This document shows, in pieces, positions 63,746 through 64,000 of a stretch of 64,000 bases of DNA. Position 1 is the stretch's first letter, and each line of letters opens with the position of its first letter. The position numbers and the translations under genes were made by a program. The notes beneath the pieces were generated by a model. The model was not told where the DNA came from, ran no database searches, and saw only the letters and a program-made list of their open reading frames with translations. The stretch is from a virus (Duplodnaviria > Caudoviricetes), in the IMG/VR virus record IMGVR_UViG_3300005805_009498, positions 1-64,000 of that record. One strand, 5' to 3'.

Positions 63746-64000
63746 TTATATGTGAACTGCTAAAAGTTCAGGAACTTCAATCCATTCGAACATTTTTCCA
63801 AGCCTATCGTAGGTGTAACCGTCATTATAATAACCTTGTTCTCCCGAGAATGTGTCCCAACCGCATGCGATCATAGCTTCCCTTCTAACAACCACCTGTT
63901 GCGTATCGATGTTTTGAAACACCGGTGGTATACCATTTATGACCTGTGGAGCAGAACCTAAGTGCTGAGGAAGGGGCCCTAGATGTAGAATCTTACATAT
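63746..64000 (-). CDS. C-terminal fragment of a probable GT2 glycosyltransferase (runs off the window)
   Basis: Manual translation: ...PPVFQNIDTQQVVVRREAMIACGWDTF...YYNDGYTYDRLGKMFEWIEVPELLAVHI*; not in the ORF track. Confidence 0.55.
   Translation of the reverse strand: MCKILHLGPLPQHLGSAPQVINGIPPVFQNIDTQQVVVRREAMIACGWDTFSGEQGYYNDGYTYDRLGKMFEWIEVPELLAVHI

Noticed and set aside
1-64000. Eukaryotic giant-virus origin suggested by RCC1, collagen, MBD4, DUF707 and BFN domains
   Set aside because: T4-like capsid, protease, baseplate, gp32 and primase, SD sequences, overlapping operons and intrinsic terminators indicate a bacteriophage

Overview
A densely coding 64 kb segment of a large T4-like (myovirus, probably jumbo) phage genome in the standard genetic code, almost all on the minus strand. 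It contains a tail-fibre/receptor cassette (RCC1 propeller, TPR-glycosyltransferase, fibre-assembly protein and two shortened paralogues) and a replication/recombination cluster (BFN nuclease, UvsW, UvsY, primase, gp32). A ~45 kb baseplate/tail/neck block follows, with embedded non-structural genes (amidoligase, ribosomal-protein-S1-like, GT2, RuvC-like). After that come a nucleotide/DNA-modification operon, the major capsid protein, a prohead protease-scaffold fusion and a lysozyme. The most striking item is the operon at ~52.7-58.0 kb. It has a T4 gp42-type dCMP hydroxymethylase next to a 350-aa protein whose N-terminal domain resembles the base-flipping domain of T4 beta-glucosyltransferase but whose C-terminal domain is an SGNH acyl-hydrolase/transferase fold. 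The operon also carries DUF6378, a DUF707 glycosyltransferase and a stand-alone MBD4-like glycosylase. Together these suggest an undescribed cytosine hypermodification (possibly O-acylation of 5hmC) with a matched deamination-repair enzyme. A recurrent intergenic motif (G/A)ATATATA(G) is a candidate late promoter. All family assignments come from motif recognition by eye and remembered reference sequences; no database searches were run. No tRNA, rRNA, CRISPR array, intron or transposon was seen.
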